64,000 nucleotides of DNA from Macrostomum lignano (Eukaryota), in assembly GCA_002269645.1 (NCBI GenBank), contig NIVC01000417.1, positions 62,001-126,000 of the forward strand, read 5' to 3'. The position numbers and the translations under genes are program-made. Under the pieces are notes generated by a model. It had not been told where the DNA came from. It searched no databases and worked only from the letters and a program-made list of their open reading frames with translations. This document shows, piece by piece, positions 49,401 to 63,000 of the stretch. Each line of letters begins with the position of its first letter. Within the stretch, counting starts at the first letter, position 1.

Positions 49401-49560
49401 CCTCTCTGCCTTATGAATTATGATATCTGACCCAGTCTTTCAAGTTTCTTGCAAAAGGTGCCATATGCCCTTCTGGGAAAGGGAATTAAGAATCGTGGAT
49501 TGAGATTAAAAATGAGCTTTTCTAGGTTCTATGATTTCTGGCAGTCTTTCAAACATTTAG
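46470..49560. repeat. Composite higher-order satellite: 49-bp GAATCGTGGATTCGGATTCCAACATGAGG... units alternating with AAAAGGTGCCATA blocks (duplicate at ~58325-60870)
   Basis: 49-bp period (e.g. TATGG at 46561 and 46610) interleaved with recurring blocks. Confidence 0.93.
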
Positions 49561-50212
49561 ACATTCAAACATTAAACATCAAATATTGTTTCATACATTA
49601 TATATACTACACATTGTGGGATTACACGCAGGTGCGGTTTTAGTTGGGGGGGGGGTTAAAGGCCTATTCAAAGGCTTAATAAACTTCATTAGGAAGATTT
49701 CCGTCTGCGAAAACTCTGATTCCCGCCCTCATGCGCCCTATCTCCCCCCCCCCCCTACTCCTGTAGGTTAGGGTGATGAAAGATCAGAAGAGTGATATAC
49801 TGTAAAGGAGAGGATCGCGAGATAGGACAATAGGTAGAGATACAGACTACCTATAGGGTAGGACGAGAGTAGCATGACTGAATGGCCTGGAGGAAGGTGA
49901 TAAAAAGCGATAAAAGCGATATGGGCGATTCTGTGTGGCAACATAACTCATCACTAACAGTGCATCGAGTGGGTTAAAGATTAAGACAAAGGCATTGCAC
50001 AATTAAGTAGTAAAAGTAAATCATAAGTTAATTATAATAACTTCGTAAATCTCAGCAACATCGAAAAGTCGCCATCACAGAAGTCTGTGGTCGTCACTTT
50101 TGAAAGTGCAGGTGAAGTCTCTCAATCTTTGCGAGTGACGCAACGCCACGCGGCAGACTTGAGTTGAGGAATGAAGTGGGGGAGCGGTGTGCGAGGGTTG
50201 AACGGATTAAAG

Positions 50213-50413
50213 CAGCGGTTCTCAACCTTTTTTTCAGGCGACCCCAATTTATTCACTTGCATCATTTTTAATGTTCGCGACCCCTTTTAAAGTTAATATA
50301 CATGTAATGCATTATTTTGTATGACAAACTCACACATTTCTTCGTGCTGCGACCCCCAGAAAATGGTCACGCAACCCCACTGGGGGTCGCGACCCATAGA
50401 TTGAGAACCACTG
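50213..50413. mobile_element. hAT Charlie-like MITE (201 bp; duplicate at 61525-61724)
   Basis: TIRs CAGCGGTTCTCAA / TTGAGAACCACTG; perfect TSD GATTAAAG at 50205-50212 and 50414-50421. Confidence 0.9.
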
Positions 50414-50719
50414 GATTAAAGCTACCTTGATTAGTTTATATCATATCTTTTATTTATAATATTTTAACTCACTCACTAATAATATATTACTCTCTGGCGC
50501 ATAGAGTGGCGACTTTTCAATGTTGCTGAGTAACGATATTTAGTAGATCCTGAACTCTGAGCAAACAGTGATCTAGATGGAGTATACCTAATTGAAAAAT
50601 AATCAATAACAAAACAATAAACAATAACAAGTCCGAAAATGACACTTTTGATTTTTATAGTGCCAAATAGATATAAATCTGCGCTGATCCCTGAAGTCAT
50701 GCCTTAAAGCCCAAAAACG

Positions 50720-53480
50720 CTCGGAAAGCTCAAATCGGCGCTGGAAAGCTCAAATCGGCGCGGGAAAGCTCAAATTGGCGCCGGAAGTCAAATTTGGCGC
50801 CAGGATCACCAAATCGGCGCCAGGGATCGCCGAATCAGCGCCGGAATGCTGAAATCCGCTCGAGAAAACCTAAACCAGCGCTAGAGAGCTGAAACCAGCG
50901 CTAAAAAGCTCAAATCGGCGCGGGATAGCTCAAATTGGCGCAGGATAGCTCAAATTGGCGCAGGATAGCTCAAATTGGCGCAGGATAGCTCAAATTGGCG
51001 CCGGTCGGCGCCAGGATCACCGAATCAGCGTCGGAATGCTAAAATCAGCGCCAAAAAGCCCGGACCAGCGCTAGAAAGCTCAAATCGGCGCAGGATAGCT
51101 CAAATTGGCGCGGGAAGTCAAATTTGGCGCCAGGATCACCAAATCGGCGCCAGGATCGCTGAATAAGAGCCGGAAAGCTGAAAACAGCGCCAAAAAGCCC
51201 GGACCAGCGTTGGAAAGCTCAAATCGGCGCAAGATAGCTAAAATTGGCGCGTGAAAGCTCAAATTGGCGCCGGAAGTCAAATTTGGCGTCAGGATCACCA
51301 AATCGGCGCCAGTATCGCCAAATCAGCGCTAAAAAGCCCGGACCAGCGCTGGAAAGCTCAAATAGGCGCGGGAAAGCTCAAATTGGCGCCGGAAGTCAAA
51401 TTTGGCGCCAGGGTCACCAAATCAGCGCCAGAATGCTAAAATCAGCGCCTAAAAAGCCCGGACCAGCGCTAGAAAGCTCAAATCGGCGCAGGATAGCTCA
51501 AATTGGCGCGGGAAGTCAAATTTGGCGTCAGGATCACCAAATCGGCGCCAGTATCGCCAAATCAGCGCTAAAAAGCCCGGACCAGCGCTGGAAAGCTCAA
51601 ATAGGCGCGGGAAAGCTCAAATTGGCGCCGGAAGTCAAATTTGGCGCCAGGGTCACCAAATCAGCGCCAGAATGCTAAAATCAGCGCCAAAAAGCCCGGA
51701 CCAGCGCTAGAAAGCTCAAATCGGCGCAGGATAGCTCAAATTGGCGCGGGAAGTCAAATTTGGCGCCAGGATCACTAAATCGGCGCCAGGATCGCTGAAT
51801 AAGAGCCGGAATGCTGAAAATAGCGCCAAAAAGCCCGGATCCAGCGTTGGAAAGCTGAAATCGGCGCAAGATAGCTAAAATTGGCGCGTGAAAGCTCAAA
51901 TTGGCGCCGAAAGTCAAATTTGGCGCCAGGATCGCCGAATCGGCGCCAGAATCATCAAATCGGCGCCAGGATCGCTGAATCAGCGCCGAAATGCTGAAAT
52001 CAGCTCAAGAAAACCTAAACCAGCGCTAGAAAGCTCAAATCGGCGCAGGATAGCTCAAATAGGCGCGGGAAAGCTCAAATTGGCGCCGGAAGTCAAATTT
52101 GGCGCCAGGGTCACCAAATCGGCGCCAGGATCGCTGAATCAGCGCCGGAATGCTGAAATCAGCTCAAGAAAACCTAAACCAGCGCTAGAAAGCTCAAATC
52201 AGCTCTAGAAAGCTCAAATCGGCGCAGGATAGCTCAAATTGGCGCGGGAAAGCTCAATTTGGCGCTGAAAGTCAAATTTGGCGCCAGGATCACTAAATCG
52301 GCGCGAGGATCGCCAAATCAGCGTTGGAATGCTGAAATCAGCGCCATAAAGCCCGGACCAGCGCTGGAAAGCTTAACTTGGCGCGGTAAAGCTCAAATTG
52401 GCGCCGAAAGTCAAATTTGGCGCCAGGATCGCCGAATCGGCGCCAGGATCATCAAATCGGCGCCAGGATCGCTGAATCAGCGCCGAAATGCTGAAATCAG
52501 CTCAAGAAAACCTAAACCAGCGCTAGAAAGCTCAAATCGGCGCAGGATAGCGCAAATCGGCGCGGGAAAGCTCAAATTGGCGCCGGAAGTCAAATTTGGC
52601 GCTAGGATCACCAAATCGGCGCCAGGATCGCTGAATCAGCGCCGAAATGCTGAAATCAGCTCAAGAAAACCTAAACCAGCGCTAGAAAGCTCAAATCGGC
52701 GCAGGATAGCGCAAATCGGCGCGGGAAAGCTCAAATTGGCGCCGGAAGTCAAATTTGGCGCCAGGATCACCAAATCGGCGCCAGGATCGCTGAATCAGCG
52801 CCGGAATGCTGAAATTAGCTCAAGAAAACCTAAACCAGCGCTAGAAAGCTCAAATCGGCGCAGGATAGCGCAAATCGGCGCGGGAAAGCTCAAATTGGCG
52901 CCGGAAGTCAAATTTGGCGCCAGGATCACCAAATCGGCGCCAGGATCGCCGAATTAGCGCCGGAATGCTGAAATCAGCTTGAGAAGACCTTAACTAGCGC
53001 TGGAAAGCTCAAATTGGCGCTAAAAAGCCCGGACCAGCGCTTGAAAGCTCAAATAGGCGCGGGAAAGCTCAAATTGGCGCCGGAAGTCAAATTTGGCGCC
53101 AGGGTCACCAAATCGGCGCCAGGATCGCTGAATCAGCGCCGAAATGCTGAAATCAGCTCAAGAAAACCTAAACCAGCGCTAGAAAGCTCAAATCGGCGCA
53201 GGATAGCGCAAATCGGCGCGGGAAAGCTCAAATTGGCGCCGGAAGTCTAATTTGGCGCCAGGATCACCAAATCGGCGCCAGGATCGCCGAATTAGCGCCG
53301 GAATGCTGAAATCAGCTTGAGAAGACCTTAACTAGCGCTGGAAAGCTCAAATTGGCGCTAGAAAGCTCAAATCGGCGCAGGATAGCTCAAATTGGCGCGG
53401 GAAAGCTCAATTTGGCGCCTAAAGTCAAATTTGGCGCCAGGATCACCAAATCGGCGCCAGGATCCCCAAATCAGCGCTGG
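50720..53480. repeat. GC-rich AAAGCTCAAAT(T/C)GGCGC satellite with higher-order structure (duplicate from ~62030)
   Basis: Short 18-21-bp units nested in longer recurring blocks. Confidence 0.94.
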
Positions 53481-53742
53481 AATGTGCCAACGAGTGTAGA
53501 AGTGGCAGCATATATCAGCTTGCTACTTCTGGGCGCCAAGTTTAATATACCGGCGCCAATTTCAGCCTTTGGGCGCCAATTTTAGCGCCCTGGCAAGGTC
53601 AATGCATTTAGTTCTCACTCAATGGAGCCGAAAAAAAAGTTTTTTTTCTATTTTGAATTAGTGCCATGTATCTTGACAACCAATGCGAGTCAAGTTCTGG
53701 CGTCTGCTTCTCCACAGCCCCGCAATGGCATATCCTAACCAT

Positions 53743-53840
53743 TGTGGGCTGGCCCGCGCTAAGGGAGCCCACCCCACCGTGGGGCGGACCCCGCTAACGG
53801 GCTATTTTTAGCGTGGGATGGGCTCCGCTAACGGGCGGCC
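53743..53840 (-). repeat. Right ~100-bp inverted repeat of the large unit
   Basis: Inverted match to 42194-42295. Confidence 0.85.
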
Positions 53841-54038
53841 ATAAACTGGCGGGGATGCTTGGGGGAGGATCAGACTGTAAGTCCGAGGGAATAAGGCTGT
53901 ACACCTGTGCAGACAGAATGTCCACAAAGAGGGGAGAGGATTGAGGGGCGGGGCGTATATTCTCTGGGAAAGAGGAGGAAAGGGGAGCGGCTTGGCACCT
54001 AACGGCTTCCCGCTAGCGGGACCCATCCCACGCAAAAA

Positions 54039-57000
54039 ATCACCTAACGGCCCGCCGCTAGCGGAGCCCATCCCACGCTAAAAATAGCCCGTTAACGGGA
54101 CCCAGCCCACGGTGGGATGGGCTCCCTTAGCGGGGGCCAGCCCACGAGCGGAGAGGGAGAGGTGGGGTGGGTGTTGGGTGAGTGTGGAACGCCAGTGCGC
54201 ACTAGCGTACTAGCACTGTACTAGCAATGAAGCTAGCTGAAAACACTGCACATCCGTGACTCATTTCTCGTATATTAATGTATGCTGGATGAAGACGGCT
54301 CTTTGTCTTTCCCAACTCTCCCAAAATTAAAAAACTCCTAGAACGCATTTCGTTTTAAGCTGCAAGGAATTGTATTCTTTAAAGAAACGCGTTTCATTCA
54401 ACGTATAGTTTCTACTTTTTAATACATATCATTTATCAAACTATTTGACTCAGTTGAATCTTTAAGATCTTGAGATTTATTCTTAATACGCTCGTAAGGC
54501 TTTCGTTATTTCTTTATTCCAAAGGTAAGCAAACGTTGGTTCTTAATTTGCATTGTACTCATTGTATTTTCTTTTATGTCTAGCTTATAATTGCAATATG
54601 CTAGGAATCTTATATTCTTCCAAAACCTTAAAGGTGGAAATATGGTCAAAGAAAAATAGTACAGGCGCAAGAAGTGAGGACGACTAGCCATCCATTTCGT
54701 TTCAAACGTAAAAGATTTAAAAAAACAAACTTAGCAAAGTAAGGTACTAAGCGAGTTATTCTAAAATTGACAGACAGGCTAATTTCCTAATTCGCAGAAT
54801 CGCTGAGTCCCAGTTTTCTAATTTCTATAGATTGGACTTGTCCTTTAGCAGTTATCTTTATTTTCAGAATACTCGTATACTGCATCCGTTTGTAAATATT
54901 GTCAAAAAAGGCGGAAAAATAAATTTTGAAGTTCCGCACAAAGTTAAAAAATTACGAATTTGAACAAAATTTAAATTCACGCGGATATTCAACATCTCAC
55001 GTTCGTTAAATTCTGGCAATCTGGCGCCCCCTTTGGCACTTCATTGGCCCTGAAATACTTGAATTGTGGTTGCTGTATGATCTTATTTCCTTTTCTAGTT
55101 TAGGAAGTCAAATAAAGAGTAAAGTAGTCAAATAAATTGATCTTATGCTGGAGTACAATGAGATACTGAATGTTAGCATTTTAAGCAAAGCGATAATATT
55201 GTTTGGAATTCTGTTTACACTAGAGCAAACTGATCTTTCGGACCCGCTCGTATTTAAGATAAAACTTTGAAAATAAAACAAAAATGGTAGAAAAGAAACA
55301 ATTAAAAAGGGATAATAATTACCCAGTGTTGGGCACGATACTCAGAAAAAGTATCGGTTAAAAGCGATACTCTGATACCCTTTCTGAAAAAATATCGCCC
55401 TTCGATACATATCGGCTGTTTTGTGATTTTAATTTACAGTTGCTCAGGTTGCACTAAAGTCGCAATCCGCCGCAATCAACCCGCAGGTGACAGAATCCGC
55501 TGCCAGCAGACCTCATGGCTGGCTAGCCGTGGTTTGGCTACTCGGGACGCTGTTCACCTCCCCTGCTGAACGAGGCCATCGCTGATTTTGTCCGCTAAGA
55601 TGGCGTTCCGCGACGATGGCCGGCCGGCGGCCACGTTCTGATGCTTGACGGCGCCGCCTAGTGAGTCATTGCATCCTACCACAACAGATAAGCACATTCC
55701 ATCCATAATTGACTCGTCTAAAACAAATAGCCCCAGTCGTAATCCATAAATCCTTATCTGATTACAACTGTATCGTAAATTCTGAATTGTACTTCTGAAT
55801 TGTACTTCTGAATTGTACTTCTGAATTGTACTTCTGAATTGTACTTCTGAATTGTACTTCTGAATTAACACCCCTCGTAAATTGAATTGCGAAGTATAAA
55901 AGTTCAGTAAAACAGAAATACTGAAGTATACTGAACTGACTAAAAATGACACTTTTAAAATATTTCGCAACAGCTGTAGCCAGGGGCGCGGATTTAGGGC
56001 TCTGGTGGGAGCGCCACTCCTCCCAGCGCTCCCTAGGAACTTTTATTACCTGGATACCTAGGTACTTCTTCCTAGGTACTAGAATTTACCTTGGCTAGTA
56101 ATCGACATACTGATTTACTTTGCTAAAATTCTACAGTTTTTGACGCAAGCAAGGCTGGGCCGTTAAATCATTGATGAAACAAGTTACAACCTTAGAAACT
56201 GTAAATTAATATCACAAAACAGCCGACATGTATCGAAGCAACGAAACTAACCAGTCAAAAACACATTTTGCACTCTCATCCAGATTCTGCCCGATCGCTA
56301 CGAGGGCTTCTAGCGCGCTCTGCCGTTGCCGGAGTGCAGAGGGCGAGATTGCCGCCTGGCCACTCGGCTGCCGGCATTCTTTGTCCAGCCGGACCTGGAG
56401 CCCAGGATGTACAACGCCTATGGCCTGGCCGCTGCAATGTCATAGGGGCACCACAAACCTGCACTTGGATATCGCCTGGATACTTTGGTCACCATAGCAA
56501 CATTAATAGAAAATGAGAAGCAGATGAATGTTTATTTAAAACCAGTTTGATTACTTTTATCCCAGATTTAGACTATGAAACACCCGATGGCCGATATGAT
56601 ACGAACTAAGTTTTGTTATTTTTCAGTTTCAACTGCTCCTGTCTTTTCGTGGTTCATATTTTCAGAATTTAACTAGCAATCAGCGCCCCCCCCCTTGGGG
56701 AGCCAAAAAATGCAGTACGAGTTTTTTTAATAAACTACATGTAGATTGTAGTGTCTCTTTGCAATAACCTCAGCAATCGCTTGTAAGCGTTGACATCTCA
56801 GCAATTCCTCCCCCCACAAGTCTTAACATATCAAACCCCCCCCCCTTGAAATCTGAGCGATGACCCCCATAAGCCTTGAAATCTTAAAAAATCTGTCAAC
56901 CCTAACCCTAACCCTAACCCTAACCCTAAAGCATTGCCATTTTAGTAATTCTCCCAAGAGTCATTATAACATTACAGCATTATAGCAATTCCTCCAAGCC

Positions 57001-60000
57001 TTGACATCGTAGCGATTCCCAAATGAATCTCCTAACTTCGACATGACTCTTCTTTTATATCTACTTTCATCTGTTTAAAATGACGCTTCTTCTATTAGCG
57101 CCCCTCGTGGGGAACTAACAAAGAATGTAATAAAAAAGTGAATAAACTACATGTAGCTTCTGAATTTTACCTAGACATCTCAAAAATCCCTCATAAGCAT
57201 TTACGAGTACATCTCAGTTATTCCCCGTGAGCCTTAACATCTTAGTAATTCTCCTCAAGAGTCACAGCACAGTTTCACGTGACTCTTCTTTTATTTTGAA
57301 ATGACGCTACTTTTTGACATGACGCTTCTTTACATGATACTTATTGATTTTTACGTAATGCTTCTATTTTTTTACATTTTTTTACTTTTTTCATTTTTAC
57401 ATAAAGCTCATTTTCTTTTCTACATGACGCCTCTGTTATTTTTACCGGACGCTTTTATGATTTTTTACATGACGCTTTTATGATTTTTTACATGACGCTT
57501 CTATGATTGTTTACATGACGCTTATATGATTGTTTACATGACGCTTCTATGATTTTTACATGACGCTTCTATGATTTTTACATGACGCTTCTATGATTTT
57601 TACATGACGCTTCTATGATTTTTTACATGACGCTTCTATGATTTTTTACATGACGCTTATATGATTGTTTACATGACGCTTCTATGATTTTTTACATGAC
57701 GCTTCTATGATTTTTACATGACGCTTCTATGATTGTTTACATGACGCTTCTATGATTTTTTACATGACGCTTCTATGATTTTTTACATGACGCTTCTATG
57801 ATTTTTACATGACGCTTATATGATTGTTTACAGGACGCTTCTATGATTTATTACATTATGCTTGTATGATTTTTACCGGACGCTTCTATGCTTTTTTACA
57901 TGACGCTTCCATGATTGTTGACATGACGCTTCTATGATCGTTTACATGACGCTTCTATGATTGTTTGCATGACGCTTCTTTCATTTATACATGACGCTTC
58001 TTTTTTTGCTTTTATTAGCTGTGTTTTGATATTAGAATACACATACAGGCGCAGTCCCAAGGCTTTTTGCCGAATTTTGCGGACACGTTTGTGGACAAGT
58101 CTGGCTTGAGTTTATGGTTTGACAGCCACTTTGACTTGTCATTTTCTTCTACCAAAAACCGATTAAAGGCTTTCAAACCTTTCGATAAAAGGTGCCATAA
58201 ATATTTATGCGAAGACTACATCTATATTTACTTGTATAGCTAAAGAAACTAGAACGTCAGAAGCTTCCCCTCACCATTCCCCTCTGAGGGATATAAACAA
58301 GTGCATCTTATCAGGGATAAGTAATTAGAAATCGTGGATTCGGATTCCAACATGAGGAACCAGGGATATAAATTTAGAAATCGTGGATTCGGATTCCGAA
58401 ATGAGGAATCAGGGATATGGAATTAAGAATCGTGGATTCAGATTCCAACATGAGGAATCAGGGATATGGATTTAGGAATTGTGGATTCGGATTCCAACAT
58501 GAGGAATCAGGGATATGGATTTAGGAATTGTGGATTCGGGTTCCAAAACGAGGAATCAGGGATAGGGATTCGGAATCGGGGATTGAGATAAAAAAAAATG
58601 AGCTTCTCACGGTTCTATGATAGCTGGCAGTCTTTCAAACATTTAGAAAAAGGTGCCATAAGCTCCTCTCTGCCTTATGAATTATGATATCTGACCCAGT
58701 CTTTCAAGTTTCTTGCAAAAGGTGCCATATGCCCTTCTGGAAAGGGAATTAAGAATCGTGGATTCGGATTCCAACATGAGGAATCAGGGATATGGAATTA
58801 GGAATCGTGGATTCGGGTTCCAAAACGAGGAATAAGGGATAGGGATTCGGAATCGGGGATTGAGATTAAAAAATGAGCTTCTCACGGTTCTATGATAGCT
58901 GGCAGTCTTTCAAACATTTAGAAAAAGGTGCCATAATAAGCTCCTCTCTGCCTTATGAATTATGATAGATGATCCAGTCTTTCAAACATTTAGAAAAAGG
59001 TGCCATAAGCTCCTCTCTGCCTTATGAATTATGATATCTGACCCAGTCTTTCAAGTTTCTTGCAAAAGGTGCCATATGCTTTTCTGGGAAAGGGAACTAA
59101 AAATCGTGGATTCGGATTCCAAAATGAGGAATCGGAATATGGAATTAGAAATTGTGGATTAGGGTTCCAAAATGAGGAATCAGGGATATGGAATTAGAAA
59201 TTGTGGATTCGGATTCCAAAATGAGGAATCAGGGATATGGAATTAAGAATCGTGGATTCGGATTCCAAAATGAGGAATCGGGGATATGGAATTAGAAATT
59301 GTGGATTCGGGTTCCAAAATGAGGAATCAGGGATATGGAACTAGAAATTGTGGATTCGGATTCCAACATGAGGAATCAGGGATATGGAATTAGGAATCGT
59401 GGATTCAGATTCCAACATGAGGAATCAGGGATATGGAATTAAGAATCGTGGATTCGGATTCCAAAATGAGGAATCGGGGATAGGGATTTGGAATCGGGGA
59501 TTGAGATTAAAAAATGAGCTTCTCACGGTTCTATGATAGCTGGCAGTCTTTCAAACATTTAGAAAAAGGTGCCATAAGCTCCTCTCTGCCTTATGAATTA
59601 TGATATCTGACCCAGTCTTTCAAGTTTCTTGCAAAAGGTGCCATATGCCCTTCTGGAAAGGGAATTAGGAATCGTGGATTCGGATTCCAACATGAGGAAT
59701 CGGGGATATGGAATTAAGAATCGTGGATTCGGATTCCAACATGAGGAATCAGGGATATGGAATTAAGAATCGTGGATTCGGATTCCAAAATGAGGAATCA
59801 GGGATATGGAATTAAGAATCGTGGATTCGGATTCCAAAATGAGGAATCAGGGATATGGAATTAGAAATTGCGGATTCGGGTTCCAAAATGAGGAATCAGG
59901 GATATGGAATTAGAAATTGTGGATTCGGATTCCAACATGAGGAATCAGGGATATGGATTTAGGAATCGTGGATTCGGGTTCCAAAACGAGGAATCAGGGA

Positions 60001-63000
60001 TAGGGATTCGGAATCGGGATTGAGATTAAAAAATGAGCTTCTCACGGTTCTATGATAGCTGGCAGTCTTTCAAACATTTAGAAAAAGGTGCCATAAGCTC
60101 CTCTCTGCCTTATGAATTATGATAGATGATCCAGTCTTTCAAACATTTAGAAAAAGGTGCCATAAGCTCCTCTCTGCCTTATGAATTATGATATCTGACC
60201 CAGTCTTTCAAGTTTCTCGCAAAAGGTGCCATATGCCCTTCGGGAAAGGGAATTAAGAATCGTGGATTCGGATTCCAACATGAGGAATCAGGGATATTGA
60301 ATTAGGAATCGTGGATTCGGATTCCAACATGAGGAATCAGGGATATGGAATTAAGAATCGTGGATTCGGATTCCAAAATGAGGAATCAGGGATATGGAAT
60401 TAGAAATTGTGGATTCGGGTTCCAAAATGAGGAATCAGGGATATGGAATTAGAAATTGTGGATTCGGATTCCAACATGAGGAATCAGGGATATGGATTTA
60501 GGAATCGTGGATTCGGGTTCCAAAACGAGGAATAAGGGATAGGGATTCGGAATCGGGGATTGAGATTAAAAAATGAGCTTCTCACGGTTCTATGATAGCT
60601 GGCAGTCTTTCAAACATTTAGAAAAAGGTGCCATAACAAGCTCCTCTCTGCCTTATGAATTATGATAGATGATCCAGTCTTTCAAACGTTTAGAAAAAGG
60701 TGCCATAAGCTCCTCTCTGCCTTATGAATTATGATATCTGACCCAGTCTTTCAAGTTTCTTGCAAAAGGTGCCATATGCCCTTCTGGGAAAGGGAATTAA
60801 GAATCGTGGATTGAGATTAAAAATGAGCTTTTCTAGGTTCTATGATTTCTGGCAGTCTTTCAAACATTTAGACATTCAAACATTAAACATCAAATATTGT
60901 TTCATACATTATATATACTACACATTGTGGGATTACACGCAGGTGCGGTTTTAGTTGGGGGGGGGGTTAAAGGCCTATTCAAAGGCTTAATAAACTTCAT
61001 TAGGAAGATTTCCGTCTGCGAAAACTCTGATTCCCGCCCTCATGCGCCCTATCTCCCCCCTCCCCCCTACTCCTGTAGGTTAGGGTGATGAAAGATCAGA
61101 AGAGTGATATACTGTAAAGGAGAGGATCGCGAGATAGGACAATAGGTAGAGATACAGACTACCTATAGGGTAGGACGAGAGTAGCATGACTGAATGGCCT
61201 GGAGGAAGGTGATAAAAAGCGATAAAAGCGATATGGGCGATTCTGTGTGGCAACATAACTCATCACTAACAGTGCATCGAGTGGGTTAAAGATTAAGACA
61301 AAGGCATTGCACAATTAAGTAGTAAAAGTAAATCATAAGTTAATTATAATAACTTCGTAAATCTCAGCAACATCGAAAAGTCGCCATCACAGAAGTCTGT
61401 GGTCGTCACTTTTGAAAGTGCAGGTGAAGTCTCTCAATCTTTGCGAGTGACGCAACGCCACGCGGCAGACTTGAGTTGAGGAATGAAGTGGGGGAGCGGT
61501 GTGCGAGGGTTGAACGGATTAAAGCAGCGGTTCTCAACCTTTTTTTCAGGCGACCCCAATTTATTCACTTGCATCATTTTTAATGTTCGCGACCCCTTTT
61601 AAAGTTAATATACATGTAATGCATTATTTTGTATGACAAACTCACACATTTCTTCGTGCTGCGACCCCCAGAAAATGGTCACGCAACCCCACTGGGGTCG
61701 CGACCCATAGATTGAGAACCACTGGATTAAAGCTACCTTGATTAGTTTATATCATATCTTTTATTTATAATATTTTAACTCACTCACTAATAATATATTA
61801 CTCTCTGGCGCATAGAGTGGCGACTTTTCAATGTTGCTGAGTAACGATATTTAGTAGATCCTGAACTCTGAGCAAACAGTGATCTAGATGGAGTATACCT
61901 AATTGAAAAATAATCAATAACAAAACAATAAACAATAACAAGTCCGAAAATGACACTTTTGATTTTTATAGTGCCAAATAGATATAAATCTGCGCTGATC
62001 CCTGAAGTCATGCCTTAAAGCCCAAAAACGCTCGGAAAGCTCAAATCGGCGCTGGAAAGCTCAAATCGGCGCGGGAAAGCTCAAATTGGCGCCGGAAGTC
62101 AAATTTGGCGCCAGGATCACCAAATCGGCGCCAGGGATCGCCGAATCAGCGCCGGAATGCTGAAATCCGCTCGAGAAAACCTAAACCAGCGCTAGAGAGC
62201 TGAAACCAGCGCTAAAAAGCTCAAATCGGCGCGGGATAGCTCAAATTGGCGCAGGATAGCTCAAATTGGCGCAGGATAGCTCAAATTGGCGCAGGATAGC
62301 TCAAATTGGCGCCGGTCGGCGCCAGGATCACCGAATCAGCGTCGGAATGCTAAAATCAGCGCCAAAAAGCCCGGACCAGCGCTAGAAAGCTCAAATCGGC
62401 GCAGGATAGCTCAAATTGGCGCGGGAAGTCAAATTTGGCGCCAGGATCACCAAATCGGCGCCAGGATCGCTGAATAAGAGCCGGAAAGCTGAAAACAGCG
62501 CCAAAAAGCCCGGACCAGCGTTGGAAAGCTCAAATCGGCGCAAGATAGCTAAAATTGGCGCGTGAAAGCTCAAATTGGCGCCGGAAGTCAAATTTGGCGT
62601 CAGGATCACCAAATCGGCGCCAGTATCGCCAAATCAGCGCTAAAAAGCCCGGACCAGCGCTGGAAAGCTCAAATAGGCGCGGGAAAGCTCAAATTGGCGC
62701 CGGAAGTCAAATTTGGCGCCAGGGTCACCAAATCAGCGCCAGAATGCTAAAATCAGCGCCTAAAAAGCCCGGACCAGCGCTAGAAAGCTCAAATCGGCGC
62801 AGGATAGCTCAAATTGGCGCGGGAAGTCAAATTTGGCGTCAGGATCACCAAATCGGCGCCAGTATCGCCAAATCAGCGCTAAAAAGCCCGGACCAGCGCT
62901 GGAAAGCTCAAATAGGCGCGGGAAAGCTCAAATTGGCGCCGGAAGTCAAATTTGGCGCCAGGGTCACCAAATCAGCGCCAGAATGCTAAAATCAGCGCCA

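Larger units (their letters stand above)
42184..54038. repeat. Large tandem repeat unit, copy 1 (11,855 bp)
   Basis: ATCACCTAACGGCCCG... recurs at 54039; ORF-track duplicates are offset by 11855 (before the satellite) and 11311 (after it). Confidence 0.95.

Noticed and set aside
50476-50700. 74-aa hydrophobic ORF in the tandem unit (also the 61-aa ORF at 42651-42836)
   Set aside because: They are short, AT-rich and lack motifs; their duplication reflects the unit copy, not selection.
50975-53585. Multiple ORFs up to 232 aa, and their duplicates at 62286-63519
   Set aside because: They are derived from the GGCGC satellite.
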